A program made the position numbers and the translations under genes. A stretch of 53,643 nt of DNA from IMG/VR virus record IMGVR_UViG_3300042890_000620, positions 1 to 53,643 of that record; one strand, 5' to 3'. Shown here one piece after another: positions 16,329-25,857 of this stretch; position 1 is the stretch's first letter, and each line of letters opens with the position of its first letter. Source of the stretch: a virus. Its lineage: Duplodnaviria > Caudoviricetes. The notes beneath the pieces are model-generated. The model ran no database searches. It saw nothing but the letters and a program-made list of their open reading frames with translations, and was not told where the DNA came from.

Positions 16329-18946
16329 TATCTTATTTTAATTATTATCCCACCATCCATTAAATATTCATGTGTATTATTTCCTGAAAACTCTTCAAAT
16401 AAAGTACCATCAAAATTATTGATTATTACTTTGTGTGATGTATTAACATGTTTAACAATATACAATTTGCCCGTATTCAAGTCAGGGTCAGGCATTGTAA
16501 TAGTTACGTTTCCTGCGGTTGTATTGACAAATAAATAAATTGGACTACCCTCGCCACCTGTTAAGATTAAGTTAGTTGTAGTACTTAAGTATCTATATTG
16601 CAACATCACTAAGTTATCTTTGTCAGGTGGAATATAAGTAACACCGCCTCCCGTTAATACATTTGACCTTAATACTAAATCCCCTCCTTTTACTCTGTCA
16701 TTTAAGTTGCCCGTTTCATGATACAAATCAGGATTAACACCCCATGCACCTGAGCCTCTGCCACCTCTTGTTGTTCCGTTTGATTTACTTACGGCATCAA
16801 TAGGTGTTAATTTTAAAAATGTACACTTAGTTGTTTCTTTGCCATTATAATCACTCATTTCATAAAGTCTATAATGGTTACCATCTATTTCATAAATTGG
16901 TCTAAGGCTAAGGTTATGTACATCAAAAGGGGTTAAATTGACATAGCACTCTAACATCTTTGAGTTCTTATTATTAACCTCTTCTAATCCACGTCTATGA
17001 TACTTATTGTATAACCCCTGATTAGATACTACTACTTGTCCGTTTTCGTTTGTGTAAAAAACTTCCTGAGGGGTTGCAAAACATAAATCATTATTAGGGT
17101 CAGTTGTATTATCAAATGTTGAAAGGCTTGGATAAGTTAATCGGGTTGTTCTATTCGTGCCTATTCCATCATCTCCAAAGTCCCAAGCATCTCCCGTTAA
17201 TAATCCATTATAGTACATTATCTTAGGCTTACTCTTATCGTTTCTAAAACCTTTGTTTACATCGTCTTTTAAGTCCGTTGCTAAAGGTCTATATTGACCT
17301 TGTTTTGGGTCTGAGTTCTTTGCTACTACCATTAAACTAAAAGGTATTTTAACATCTTTAGTACCTTGTAAGAAATCGTTTTGAACATCTACATTAACAT
17401 CTCCAAAGACTCTGCCATTTCTTTGATTGTAAAGGTTGTTATAGTAGTCTTTGTCTAAATCATAAGTAAACTTAAAAAACTTTTCTTTTGCCCCTCCAAT
17501 AGGCTTTACAGTAAACTCTTTATTGTAATCTATTTTGTAAGTCCAATCTATTATCTCTGAGGTGTAGTAGTTATCTCTCGGTTCAATTAAGTATGTAAGG
17601 TAGCCTCCACTATTCGGGTCGTTAGCTCTAAAGTAGTAAGGTTCAATATACATATTAAACATCTTAACTAATCCCATTACGAAATCCTTTTGAGTCATTT
17701 CAGAACTTAGTAAACTATTGACATTGATAGTATCTCCTAATCCATAATCCTTAGTTAAAAATATATCAAACCTTGAACTATCTATTGAAACCTCAGTACC
17801 TCCTGCTTGGTTTTTTACTACCCATTTATAATTTGTACCACTTGTTAATAGTTGTCCTATCTTTTCGTTTTGTACGTTTATTTGTATTGAGGCATTGTTT
17901 GCTAAGCTACTTGTTAAAACGTGTTGATGTGTTATAACTCCTGCAATAACATTGCTTGTAGTTACTAACAATACACTAAATAAAAACACACTACCACTTG
18001 GCAAAGTACTACCACTTACATTCTTTAAAACAGGATTTAAGTTTAATACTATGTCATAGTCTGCGGTAACATCAACATTTAAAATACCCGTTGTATCGTC
18101 ATATTGACTTAATCCATCTTGTTCTACCACATCAAATATAATATCATTGTTTGTGTATAAGTTAAAGGTACTACCATTTGTAGTAAAAGGAAATAACCCA
18201 CTTGTTGTAATTGAATAAGCACAAAGACTATTTGATATTTCAGTATCGGTTCTTACCATACCATTACTATTACCTTTGTAAACTAACTTTTTAAAAGCAT
18301 CTGTATTTATAAAGTTTGAATAGTATCTAAATCCTGCCTCCTCCCAAATCTTATCCCACAATGTCTTAACAAAAAACCAAAGGTCATAATCCGATACTTT
18401 CCAATAATCTGCTATTTGAATAGTGTTTACTATTATATCGGTCTGTCTACCATTCTTAACTTGAGGATAAACGTAGCCACTTGCATTAGTCCAACTTGAT
18501 GCTATTTGTGATTGAGTATAAAGGTGGTCTAATGATGACAAATCCAAATCACTTAACTTCCTACCCTCAATACTTTTAAAAAAGTCAGCATTTTCTCCAT
18601 AGATAATTAGTTCATATTCGATTAACTCTTTAGTCTTATTAATGTTTACTAACTGACAATAACCCGTAATAACAGGTAATGAGTCCTCATAATAAGTAGC
18701 CTTAACTTTTTTAGTAGGATTGTAGAACGGGTCAAACTGAACATTGCTTGAGATAAACATTGAGGCATCAAAGTAACCACTAAACACTTGATTGTTTACT
18801 CTGCTACTTGGTAGGATAATTGACTTAGTAAAATGCGACTTCCTTTGGTTAGGGTCTTGAACATCATAAACGGATTTCGTAACAGGGACTAAATCCTCAT
18901 CCATCAATTCAATCTGATACTCGCCTATTTCTAATATTCTATCCAT
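16328..18946 (-). CDS. Tail tip / baseplate hub protein
   Basis: 872 aa; SHFTKSI.LP...NN start and Q.DF..GL.KMFN core; next to the tape measure gene. Confidence 0.7.
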   Translation of the reverse strand: MDRILEIGEYQIELMDEDLVPVTKSVYDVQDPNQRKSHFTKSIILPSSRVNNQVFSGYFDASMFISSNVQFDPFYNPTKKVKATYYEDSLPVITGYCQLVNINKTKELIEYELIIYGENADFFKSIEGRKLSDLDLSSLDHLYTQSQIASSWTNASGYVYPQVKNGRQTDIIVNTIQIADYWKVSDYDLWFFVKTLWDKIWEEAGFRYYSNFINTDAFKKLVYKGNSNGMVRTDTEISNSLCAYSITTSGLFPFTTNGSTFNLYTNNDIIFDVVEQDGLSQYDDTTGILNVDVTADYDIVLNLNPVLKNVSGSTLPSGSVFLFSVLLVTTSNVIAGVITHQHVLTSSLANNASIQINVQNEKIGQLLTSGTNYKWVVKNQAGGTEVSIDSSRFDIFLTKDYGLGDTINVNSLLSSEMTQKDFVMGLVKMFNMYIEPYYFRANDPNSGGYLTYLIEPRDNYYTSEIIDWTYKIDYNKEFTVKPIGGAKEKFFKFTYDLDKDYYNNLYNQRNGRVFGDVNVDVQNDFLQGTKDVKIPFSLMVVAKNSDPKQGQYRPLATDLKDDVNKGFRNDKSKPKIMYYNGLLTGDAWDFGDDGIGTNRTTRLTYPSLSTFDNTTDPNNDLCFATPQEVFYTNENGQVVVSNQGLYNKYHRRGLEEVNNKNSKMLECYVNLTPFDVHNLSLRPIYEIDGNHYRLYEMSDYNGKETTKCTFLKLTPIDAVSKSNGTTRGGRGSGAWGVNPDLYHETGNLNDRVKGGDLVLRSNVLTGGGVTYIPPDKDNLVMLQYRYLSTTTNLILTGGEGSPIYLFVNTTAGNVTITMPDPDLNTGKLYIVKHVNTSHKVIINNFDGTLFEEFSGNNTHEYLMDGGIIIKIR

Positions 18947-20175
18947 TAAAATCTTTGTCTATAAGATGCGTTGGTAAATTGAACATCTATTTCCTCAATA
19001 AACATTCCATCTTTGCGGGTGTCCTTATTAGTGTACGAACTTGTACTTATTTTAATCGGGAATAAACGCCCATTATTAAAGATAAAAGCTAAAGGGGATT
19101 TAATCATCTCAGCAATCCATTGACTTTCAATCGTGCTAATGTAATCAGTTCTTAATTTAATTGAACTCTCTATTCGTGTATTGAATGCTGTGTCGCCTGT
19201 TTCGTAACTTGAACGCACAAAACTATTACTAACTACTGCACCCCCTTGTTTAAGGTAGAAGTCTTTTGTTACTTGATAACTCTTATCGTTTGCGAAATTA
19301 AAGTTATACGCATCAAAGCGACCTACTTTGTTTAACCAAAATATTCGTACGGGTGTGTACTTGTAGCAATCTCTATCTATTTGAAAGGTCACTAATTCAC
19401 TCTGAGCCGTGTTAGCAGCGTTCAATGCTTGGATGGTGTACTTATCTACTGCATCGGTTATTATCGGTTGTGAGCCACTTGCTAAGGTCTGCCCGTTTAA
19501 ACTTGCAGTCCCTACTTGACAAGATAAGAATTGTTCACTTGTAGTTGATGTATTGGCAAATGAATTAGTAATTACATAAGTACCAATTAAAGAACCACCA
19601 AACCCATAAGTCTTTATTTCTAACTTACTAAATGAGGTTGACAACTTATCTTGCATCATACCCAATTCAAAGAAGTCATTTGAACCTATACGGATTGAAC
19701 CACCCCTCAACCCTGTTAAAAAGTATTTATTAGCAAAAGCATCTATAACATAGTCACGAATATAATCAGTCTTAAATGTATCCTCATATTCAAAGGCAGT
19801 ATTAACTGCTATTAAGGTATTACTATTGCTTGGACTTCCACTCGCAACATTGGTGTTGGTTGTTCCTGACAACTCAGCAAACTGAATGTAAAACTCCTTA
19901 AAAACATTAGCCGCCTTATAGATGCCTGTGGTGTTATTAACTATTCCTGTGATGTCATAGCTTACTTGGTTTTGAATAGTCCTTTGAGCATCAAAGTGTG
20001 CCTTATCTCCATAGATTGATTTAGGTTTAACGTATTGAGCAATAGCACTACCCGATACTATTGGTTTAATCTGATAACTAAATATCGGTTGCGTGTTATT
20101 CGTATCAACTAAAAAGTCAATGTGATTAAATGCCGATACAAGTCCGCTCGGTTGTTGATTGATTGTAATTGCCAC
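18946..20175 (-). CDS. Minor tail protein (distal tail-like)
   Basis: C-terminal FWLNK.G.FD.YNF...W..E...SP motif; GTG start behind the late-promoter motif. Confidence 0.65.
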   Translation of the reverse strand: MAITINQQPSGLVSAFNHIDFLVDTNNTQPIFSYQIKPIVSGSAIAQYVKPKSIYGDKAHFDAQRTIQNQVSYDITGIVNNTTGIYKAANVFKEFYIQFAELSGTTNTNVASGSPSNSNTLIAVNTAFEYEDTFKTDYIRDYVIDAFANKYFLTGLRGGSIRIGSNDFFELGMMQDKLSTSFSKLEIKTYGFGGSLIGTYVITNSFANTSTTSEQFLSCQVGTASLNGQTLASGSQPIITDAVDKYTIQALNAANTAQSELVTFQIDRDCYKYTPVRIFWLNKVGRFDAYNFNFANDKSYQVTKDFYLKQGGAVVSNSFVRSSYETGDTAFNTRIESSIKLRTDYISTIESQWIAEMIKSPLAFIFNNGRLFPIKISTSSYTNKDTRKDGMFIEEIDVQFTNASYRQRF

Positions 20176-20179
20176 ACTT

Positions 20180-20207
20180 ATAAAACAAACTTAATAGTTA
20201 TTTATTG
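20180..20207 (-). promoter_or_regulatory. Putative phage late promoter, copy 2
   Basis: CAATAA-N6-ATTAA-N2-TTGTTTTAT, 4 nt upstream of the GTG at 20175. Confidence 0.75.
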
Positions 20208-20729
20208 CTACTCAATAGTTAAGGTAAGATTGATATCCTCGCCTAAAGCATCTTCAAGTCTTGCGGCTAAATCGTTAAAGGCTGCCTCATTAAATGTTGG
20301 TTTCCAAAAGGGTTTTTGATTAACCCCTTTTTGTTTGACTGCATAAGCCATTCTTATAGCTGCCTTTTCAATCGTGTCCTTTTTAGGTTTAGGGAATGCG
20401 TTATTATTTGGGTATCTTGGTATGTAGTCCTTTAAGTTCTTAATCATATCACGACTTGGGAATGGAGTTTTAAAACTGAATACTCCTGAGTTCTTAACTT
20501 TATTCTTTAAACCCCTTACACCCTCGTCAAGATAAATGTAATAGTCATCGGCGGTAAAACCTATCCCGATATTTAAACCCTCTACCTTTAATTCAGTAGT
20601 AGTTATTGATTGACCTAATAATGGTTTGACTGCAAACTGACTATCTAAGGTTTCAACGGCTTTCTTTTGCCTTTCGTCTGCCCATTGTTTTAATACCTCA
20701 CTTATTGTTGCGGTTATTTCTGCACTCAT
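20208..20729 (-). CDS. Tail completion / neck protein (HK97 gp10-like)
   Basis: DY..YLDEGV.G and KG...KPF motifs. Confidence 0.6.
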   Translation of the reverse strand: MSAEITATISEVLKQWADERQKKAVETLDSQFAVKPLLGQSITTTELKVEGLNIGIGFTADDYYIYLDEGVRGLKNKVKNSGVFSFKTPFPSRDMIKNLKDYIPRYPNNNAFPKPKKDTIEKAAIRMAYAVKQKGVNQKPFWKPTFNEAAFNDLAARLEDALGEDINLTLTIE

Positions 20730-20944
20730 TTTATATCCGTTTTAAATATGTCAACATCTTTCAAGTATGCCATGTGATTAAGAAATTCAAAGATAGGTGT
20801 CTTAAATATTTCATTCCTTTTTTCAAATCCTACCATTTTTATAATTACATCGTACCAACCCCATTTCAGGCTAAACCAAGTACTAACTCCTCCCCCTGAA
20901 AATAACTTGGCATATCGTGATGAAATTTCAACATAACCGCGCAA
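20726..20944 (-). CDS. -1 frame extension of the tail assembly chaperone (gpGT-like)
   Basis: Frame opens at the T9 run 20943-20951 and is -1 relative to 20866-21396; KWGWY motif. Confidence 0.7.
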   Translation of the reverse strand: MRGYVEISSRYAKLFSGGGVSTWFSLKWGWYDVIIKMVGFEKRNEIFKTPIFEFLNHMAYLKDVDIFKTDIK

Positions 20945-21396
20945 AAAAAAACCGCTATTGGATAAGCAACCTCAATACTTAAATCGTTTTGAAATTCATT
21001 TGCCCTATCCATTATATCTCTTTCATCGGTGCATAAGGTTGCTAATATCAAATGTACATTCTCAATTATCTTGTCGGGGTCTTGTGTTAAAGTTCCCATG
21101 CTTACCCATTGCTCAACATTCCAATGATGTACTTGTTGAGTTACTTTATAAACCTTACCATTCAATTCAAACTCTTTTACCCATTCGTTATCTTTCATCT
21201 CAGCATCGATTAAGAATTGATACTTAGCTAACCTTTTATCAAAGTCTTTAACTAGCCATTGACTTGATAAGGTCTTAGGCACTCCCTCAAATATGTCGAG
21301 TATAGCCATGCCTACTTCATAAGCGTTACCATCAAAGTGTTTAAAAGCCGATTGTAGTTTTTGAAATTGTAGTATTGTTACGTCTTTAAATGTCAT
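20866..21396 (-). CDS. Tail assembly chaperone (gpG-like)
   Basis: Contains the slippery GTT TTT TTT TGC (VFFC) near its 3' end. Confidence 0.7.
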   Translation of the reverse strand: MTFKDVTILQFQKLQSAFKHFDGNAYEVGMAILDIFEGVPKTLSSQWLVKDFDKRLAKYQFLIDAEMKDNEWVKEFELNGKVYKVTQQVHHWNVEQWVSMGTLTQDPDKIIENVHLILATLCTDERDIMDRANEFQNDLSIEVAYPIAVFFCAVMLKFHHDMPSYFQGEELVLGLA

Positions 21397-21401
21397 CTAT
21401 T

Positions 21402-21429
21402 ATAAAACAAATTTAATTAATGTTTATTG
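21402..21429 (-). promoter_or_regulatory. Putative phage late promoter, copy 3
   Basis: CAATAA-N6-ATTAA-N2-TTGTTTTAT, 5 nt upstream of the ATG at 21396. Confidence 0.75.
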
Positions 21430-22593
21430 TTACCTTAAATGATACTTACCATAGTTAGGACTTACTATAACATGACTAAGGATATATCTAATCGCATCAA
21501 CTCCATGATTTAGGAAATCAATAGGCTCATTCAATGCCACTCCGTTCCTATCAGTTTTCCAAACATAACCCCTAAACTCTTTGATTAAGTTGGTTGACCT
21601 TTTAGTAATATGTATTCTATCAAGTGCCTGTATCTTTTGTATTCCATTTATTATTGAGTCCTTACCCTTAACACATGGTGTTGCGTTTATTCCGTATGAC
21701 CTTAAATCTGCTATTGATTTAGGTTCGGCACTATCACATACCACTAACCCACCATAAGGCTTTAGAATGTCTGCAATCGCTTTATTGCTTAATTCTTTTT
21801 GATAGGCTATCTCATCTAATATAAATTCATTGTTCCATTTATAAACCATTACTATTGCAGTTGGGTCATTCGAATAACCGAAATCGCAGCCAATCCCGAT
21901 ATACTTAGCCTCTTGAGGAACATTGTCTATTTGATGCCAATTAGTGAATATAGTACCTTGTACTTGACCTAACTGACCTAATCCATAAACTTGATACCAA
22001 TTACGCCAATAGTCCGAAGTATCTCCTTTTACTTTTGCTTTCTCTATCTCTTTGACAATAGCTTGGTCTAATGCCTCATTGTCTTGATAGGTTATAATAA
22101 TGAAGTCAGTATCTACTTCGCCTTTCAATTCAGTATGCGCCCAAAATTCAGAACTCGGGTTATAATCTAACCATACCTCTTTATTAGTTCTTATGCTTAA
22201 TTGGTGGTAAGTTTCAAACTGAATGTTGTTGCACTCATTGATGTAAAGTATATCACGCCTTGCACCTCGTATCTTTGTTTCTTGGTCTGCACTAAAGAAC
22301 TCAATGTAACTACCATTTGCAAAGGTGTAAGTTAGTAATGTCTTATTCCAATGAGCCTCATTAAACCTATTAGTCCAAACCATTAGTTTAAGAAAGTCTT
22401 TCATTGCACCTCTTCGCAAGTGAGGGATTGTTTCACTAACTACACTTATCTCTAATTTATCTTTTTTTGTCGCCCTATCAATTAGTATTGCAAGTATGCC
22501 GTATGTTTTCCCTGCACTACTTGAACCCTGCACTATCTTAGTACGGCTTTTTAATCGTCTTAACTTCTTTATTGCTGAGGTATGCTTAAACAC
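21430..22593 (-). CDS. terL: Terminase large subunit (PBSX family)
   Basis: Walker A GSSSAGKT, Walker B LYINE, DYNP, nuclease motifs DFGYSNDP, DSAEPKSI and NHGVDAIRY. Confidence 0.95.
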   Translation of the reverse strand: MFKHTSAIKKLRRLKSRTKIVQGSSSAGKTYGILAILIDRATKKDKLEISVVSETIPHLRRGAMKDFLKLMVWTNRFNEAHWNKTLLTYTFANGSYIEFFSADQETKIRGARRDILYINECNNIQFETYHQLSIRTNKEVWLDYNPSSEFWAHTELKGEVDTDFIIITYQDNEALDQAIVKEIEKAKVKGDTSDYWRNWYQVYGLGQLGQVQGTIFTNWHQIDNVPQEAKYIGIGCDFGYSNDPTAIVMVYKWNNEFILDEIAYQKELSNKAIADILKPYGGLVVCDSAEPKSIADLRSYGINATPCVKGKDSIINGIQKIQALDRIHITKRSTNLIKEFRGYVWKTDRNGVALNEPIDFLNHGVDAIRYILSHVIVSPNYGKYHLR

Positions 22594-23006
22594 TACTCTT
22601 CTGTTTCGGGGAATAAAGGCTGTTCTACAATAGTTGTTTCTACCTTGTCAGTTAAGTTGTTTAACCTTTGAGTTATGCTTGGATTGTAGAACCCTAACAA
22701 CCCTCCTGTTATTTGGTTTTCTCTTATCTCATTCTTAATGTACGAACAGATACCTACAAAGTCATTATAATAATTATCTTTATTCCAAAAGTATTGTTCA
22801 ACATCTCCGTAATGTTTTCTGCAATATCTTTTAAATCCCTCCAATGTATAAGGCACTTTCTGAGGGTCTGCTACTCTCTCTCCGTCCTTACCTACATATT
22901 GTACTTTAAGCCATTGTTTAGCCTCTTCTTTTAGGCTTTCTTTATATTGCTCAAATGCTTGTTCTAACTCTTCGGGTGTTTTAAATATTCTTGTTGGGTG
23001 CATCAC
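22593..23006 (-). CDS. terS: Terminase small subunit (P22 gp3-like)
   Basis: TPEEL...F..Y, PYTLEGF and G.YNP.I..R motifs; adjoins terL. Confidence 0.85.
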   Translation of the reverse strand: MMHPTRIFKTPEELEQAFEQYKESLKEEAKQWLKVQYVGKDGERVADPQKVPYTLEGFKRYCRKHYGDVEQYFWNKDNYYNDFVGICSYIKNEIRENQITGGLLGFYNPSITQRLNNLTDKVETTIVEQPLFPETEE

Positions 23007-23244
23007 ATTCTTTATGTTGGTTTTGTTGAATTTCGTATTGCTCTAAATAAAATGCTATTGTCGATAATATACTACCATACTTTATTCCAAACTCTTTTAC
23101 TGCTATTTTTGATTGAGGTACTAATGCGCAATGACTTGTATGTATTTTATTTATTAATTGTTCAGCATAAGTTTTGAACCTTTCAAGTTCAAGTATATCT
23201 GCATACAATTTATTCTCTAATTTAACTTTTACTTCTTTATTCAT
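22981..23244 (-). CDS. Hypothetical protein
   Basis: Tightly packed ORF in the operon. Confidence 0.6.
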   Translation of the reverse strand: MNKEVKVKLENKLYADILELERFKTYAEQLINKIHTSHCALVPQSKIAVKEFGIKYGSILSTIAFYLEQYEIQQNQHKECDAPNKNI

Positions 23245-23411
23245 TACGATTTAATTATTATTTGAATACCTTTATCTTGTTCTTGTTCTACTATTATACA
23301 ATGATGTTCATTATACTTATCTTTCTTTACATTTACTTCTAATTCAGTTAGGTCTATGTAGATTAGTCTTTCTTTACCTTTAGATAATAGTATTGAATAT
23401 AGTTTATCCAT
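23244..23411 (-). CDS. Small hypothetical protein (55 aa, not in the ORF track)
   Basis: MDKLYSILLSKGKERLIY...IIIKS; TAATG coupling at both ends. Confidence 0.6.
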   Translation of the reverse strand: MDKLYSILLSKGKERLIYIDLTELEVNVKKDKYNEHHCIIVEQEQDKGIQIIIKS

Positions 23412-23740
23412 TAGTTTAATTCAAATCTAAGTTTATTGTTTTCAATCCTTGTTAATAGTTCCTCATTACTTACTGACTTCATTATTCTTTCAATAGTAGC
23501 ATCGTCATTGTTTACCCACATTGTTTTATTTTCTGTTTCACTTAAAGTGTATAATCTTGGATGTGTTAATGTCGGAGGCTTACCTACTTCGCTTAATCCC
23601 CATCCTATAACTATATCCCCCTTTTTATAATATGAAGTCATTACTGCCATTGTAGAAAAGTCCTCAGCGTTTCCTTTGCGTGGCATCAATTCATAACCTT
23701 GAGTCTTAATGTATTCGGTAAATGTCATAACTTTTTCCAT
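23411..23740 (-). CDS. Hypothetical protein
   Basis: 109-aa ORF in the operon. Confidence 0.65.
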   Translation of the reverse strand: MEKVMTFTEYIKTQGYELMPRKGNAEDFSTMAVMTSYYKKGDIVIGWGLSEVGKPPTLTHPRLYTLSETENKTMWVNNDDATIERIMKSVSNEELLTRIENNKLRFELN

Positions 23741-23766
23741 CCGTATTTATCTAATTGTTCGGTTAA

Positions 23767-24039
23767 TCAGAATGGCAAACTATCATTTGTCAAGTTTTCG
23801 CTATCGTTTACTTGACTTCTTGTATCAGTTCCTTTTACATAAGTATCAATCTCAAGATAGTGAGTAGGCTTACCCTCTACTATTGTCTGTTTCTTCTTTA
23901 GGTTGCAATTAACCCACTCCTTACCCTCCATTGCTTTGTTCAATGCTTGTAGGTCTGATTTTGAAAAACTAATTTTAAGCATTTTGCCGAACTTAGTTTC
24001 GATTGTTTTAGCGTTTCCGCAGTAAATTTTTTCGCTCAT
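23767..24039 (-). CDS. Single-stranded DNA-binding protein-like
   Basis: Small beta-rich domain with an SSB-type acidic tail ending DSLPF. Confidence 0.65.
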   Translation of the reverse strand: MSEKIYCGNAKTIETKFGKMLKISFSKSDLQALNKAMEGKEWVNCNLKKKQTIVEGKPTHYLEIDTYVKGTDTRSQVNDSENLTNDSLPF

Positions 24040-24311
24040 GTTGTTTTTATTAATTTATTATCTTTATATATTTTTACTATTTCAAATTTGTTTTCAAAGT
24101 ATTTAATGATGTGACCTATAAAATGATTAAAGTCAAACAATGACTCATTAAACATTCCACCTGTATTTACTTCTAATCTATTCCAATGGTTTACAATCTG
24201 TACTACTTCCTCTCTACTTTTTTTTATCTTACCTACTTCTAAATGATATTCAAATATTAATTGAGTCCAATTCTTTGTCTGAACGTAAATTAAATAATCT
24301 TGTTTTTTCAT
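24036..24311 (-). CDS. Hypothetical protein
   Basis: ATGA overlap with the SSB-like gene. Confidence 0.6.
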   Translation of the reverse strand: MKKQDYLIYVQTKNWTQLIFEYHLEVGKIKKSREEVVQIVNHWNRLEVNTGGMFNESLFDFNHFIGHIIKYFENKFEIVKIYKDNKLIKTT

Positions 24312-24423
24312 TTAGTTGTTTTTATATTTTGATGTGGTTCGTTATCCGTAACCTGTTTGGGTTTCTCTTTGGGCTTCTTTTTGCTTATTTCAATATTAAT
24401 ATAGAACATTGCAAATATACTAT

Positions 24424-25371
24424 TTAATTTTTATTTAGCAAAGTATTAATTATTTGACATCTTAAATCGTAACTCTTTTGCATGGTGTAACCCTTAGCAT
24501 AGTCTTGAAGTCCTAAAGCGTATTCATTACGTTGGTGTTCACTTCTTATTAATAACTCAATAGCCTTACGCCATTCTTTCGCACCATTTACTCTTATGCC
24601 TTGATATGGTTTTACATCTGAGTAAGTTCCTCCATTAGTTATAATCGGGATTGCACTTGCAGCACTCTCTAACAACTTAAGATTAGATTTGCACGATGTA
24701 TATAGGTCATCATAACTTGGTAATAATGCAAAGTCAATAAGTCCATACATATCCATATAGTCGTCTACACTTACCGCCTCTAATACTTTTACTTGATGTT
24801 GCCAATTTCCTGACCATATTCTTTGTAAGTGTTCCCAATATTCAGGTACATAACCCGATGCACCACCTAATACTCTACTTGCTTTATATTTGTGAAATAA
24901 AGGGATAGCCAATAGTCTATGGTCTAAGTGATGACTAAGTGTTCCAATCCACCCAAATGACAACTCATGCTCTACTTGTGTGCCTCCTGTGGTTATTGCA
25001 TTGTGGACTAAGATTGATTTGATGTTAAATTTTTTGTATAGTTCATCTCTTAATCTTTTACTTGCAGTTGTAACGATGTCAGCGTTCTTTAGGTGTGCAA
25101 TTATATTACTTGTTATTTTGGACTCATTAGGTTGTCTGTTAAGATGCCACATAGGGCGTTCTACCCAATCATCTATATCTACCCATACCTTTGAACCTTT
25201 GATTTGAAGTTCTTTAATTGATTGTAACGATTGATGAACGCCCCTAACATTGTAAACTATTATATCTTCAGGTTCGGTTACTTGAGCCACAAAGTCCGCC
25301 TTAAAATATTGAAACGGATTGAATAGTCTGTGATAGTTTACGCCTTGCGATTGACCTAATATTATTTTCAT
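24424..25371 (-). CDS. Glycosyltransferase, GT-B fold (GT4-like)
   Basis: VDIDD, ADIVTTAS..L, HNAI, GWIGT..H..D and KSNLKLLE.AA..IPII motifs. Confidence 0.85.
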   Translation of the reverse strand: MKIILGQSQGVNYHRLFNPFQYFKADFVAQVTEPEDIIVYNVRGVHQSLQSIKELQIKGSKVWVDIDDWVERPMWHLNRQPNESKITSNIIAHLKNADIVTTASKRLRDELYKKFNIKSILVHNAITTGGTQVEHELSFGWIGTLSHHLDHRLLAIPLFHKYKASRVLGGASGYVPEYWEHLQRIWSGNWQHQVKVLEAVSVDDYMDMYGLIDFALLPSYDDLYTSCKSNLKLLESAASAIPIITNGGTYSDVKPYQGIRVNGAKEWRKAIELLIRSEHQRNEYALGLQDYAKGYTMQKSYDLRCQIINTLLNKN

Positions 25372-25595
25372 AGATTTATAATATGTTTTTTTGCTAATCT
25401 TAAAGGATAGGCCAAATCCAATGGGAAACCTTTAAACCTTATAAACACAACTTTGCCACACATACCAACTTGATGAACTACTCCAACCTTACCTATATTA
25501 ACTTCCATTTCTTTAGTGTGTGTGTAATGTCTTTTTTTATTAGGCCTATAATAAAAGCCTTTTATTTTTTTACCTATTAAATCTTTTGTTCTCAT
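25368..25595 (-). CDS. Hypothetical basic protein
   Basis: Coupled ORF in the operon. Confidence 0.6.
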   Translation of the reverse strand: MRTKDLIGKKIKGFYYRPNKKRHYTHTKEMEVNIGKVGVVHQVGMCGKVVFIRFKGFPLDLAYPLRLAKKHIINL

Positions 25596-25692
25596 TATTC
25601 AAAAATATATTTAATCATTAATACAACCATAAATACATAGACTATACAACAAGTATAACCTAAAAAATACCCTAATGTTTTTTTAATATACT

Positions 25693-25857
25693 TCATAAGT
25701 GTTTTATCATTTTAATGTATGCAGGAATTTGAGTCATCAATATTGTTAAAAATATTTGAACATTTTCTCCTTTTATAATTTTAGTTAAACTATATGGTAT
25801 TGTCCATAATGTTAAAAAAAATATTAGTATAGCTATTATTTGATTAGTAAACTTCAT
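25693..25857 (-). CDS. Small membrane protein (54 aa, not in the ORF track)
   Basis: MKFTNQIIAILIFFLTLWTIPYSL...; followed by a coupled 33-aa hydrophobic ORF at 25595-25696. Confidence 0.45.
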   Translation of the reverse strand: MKFTNQIIAILIFFLTLWTIPYSLTKIIKGENVQIFLTILMTQIPAYIKMIKHL

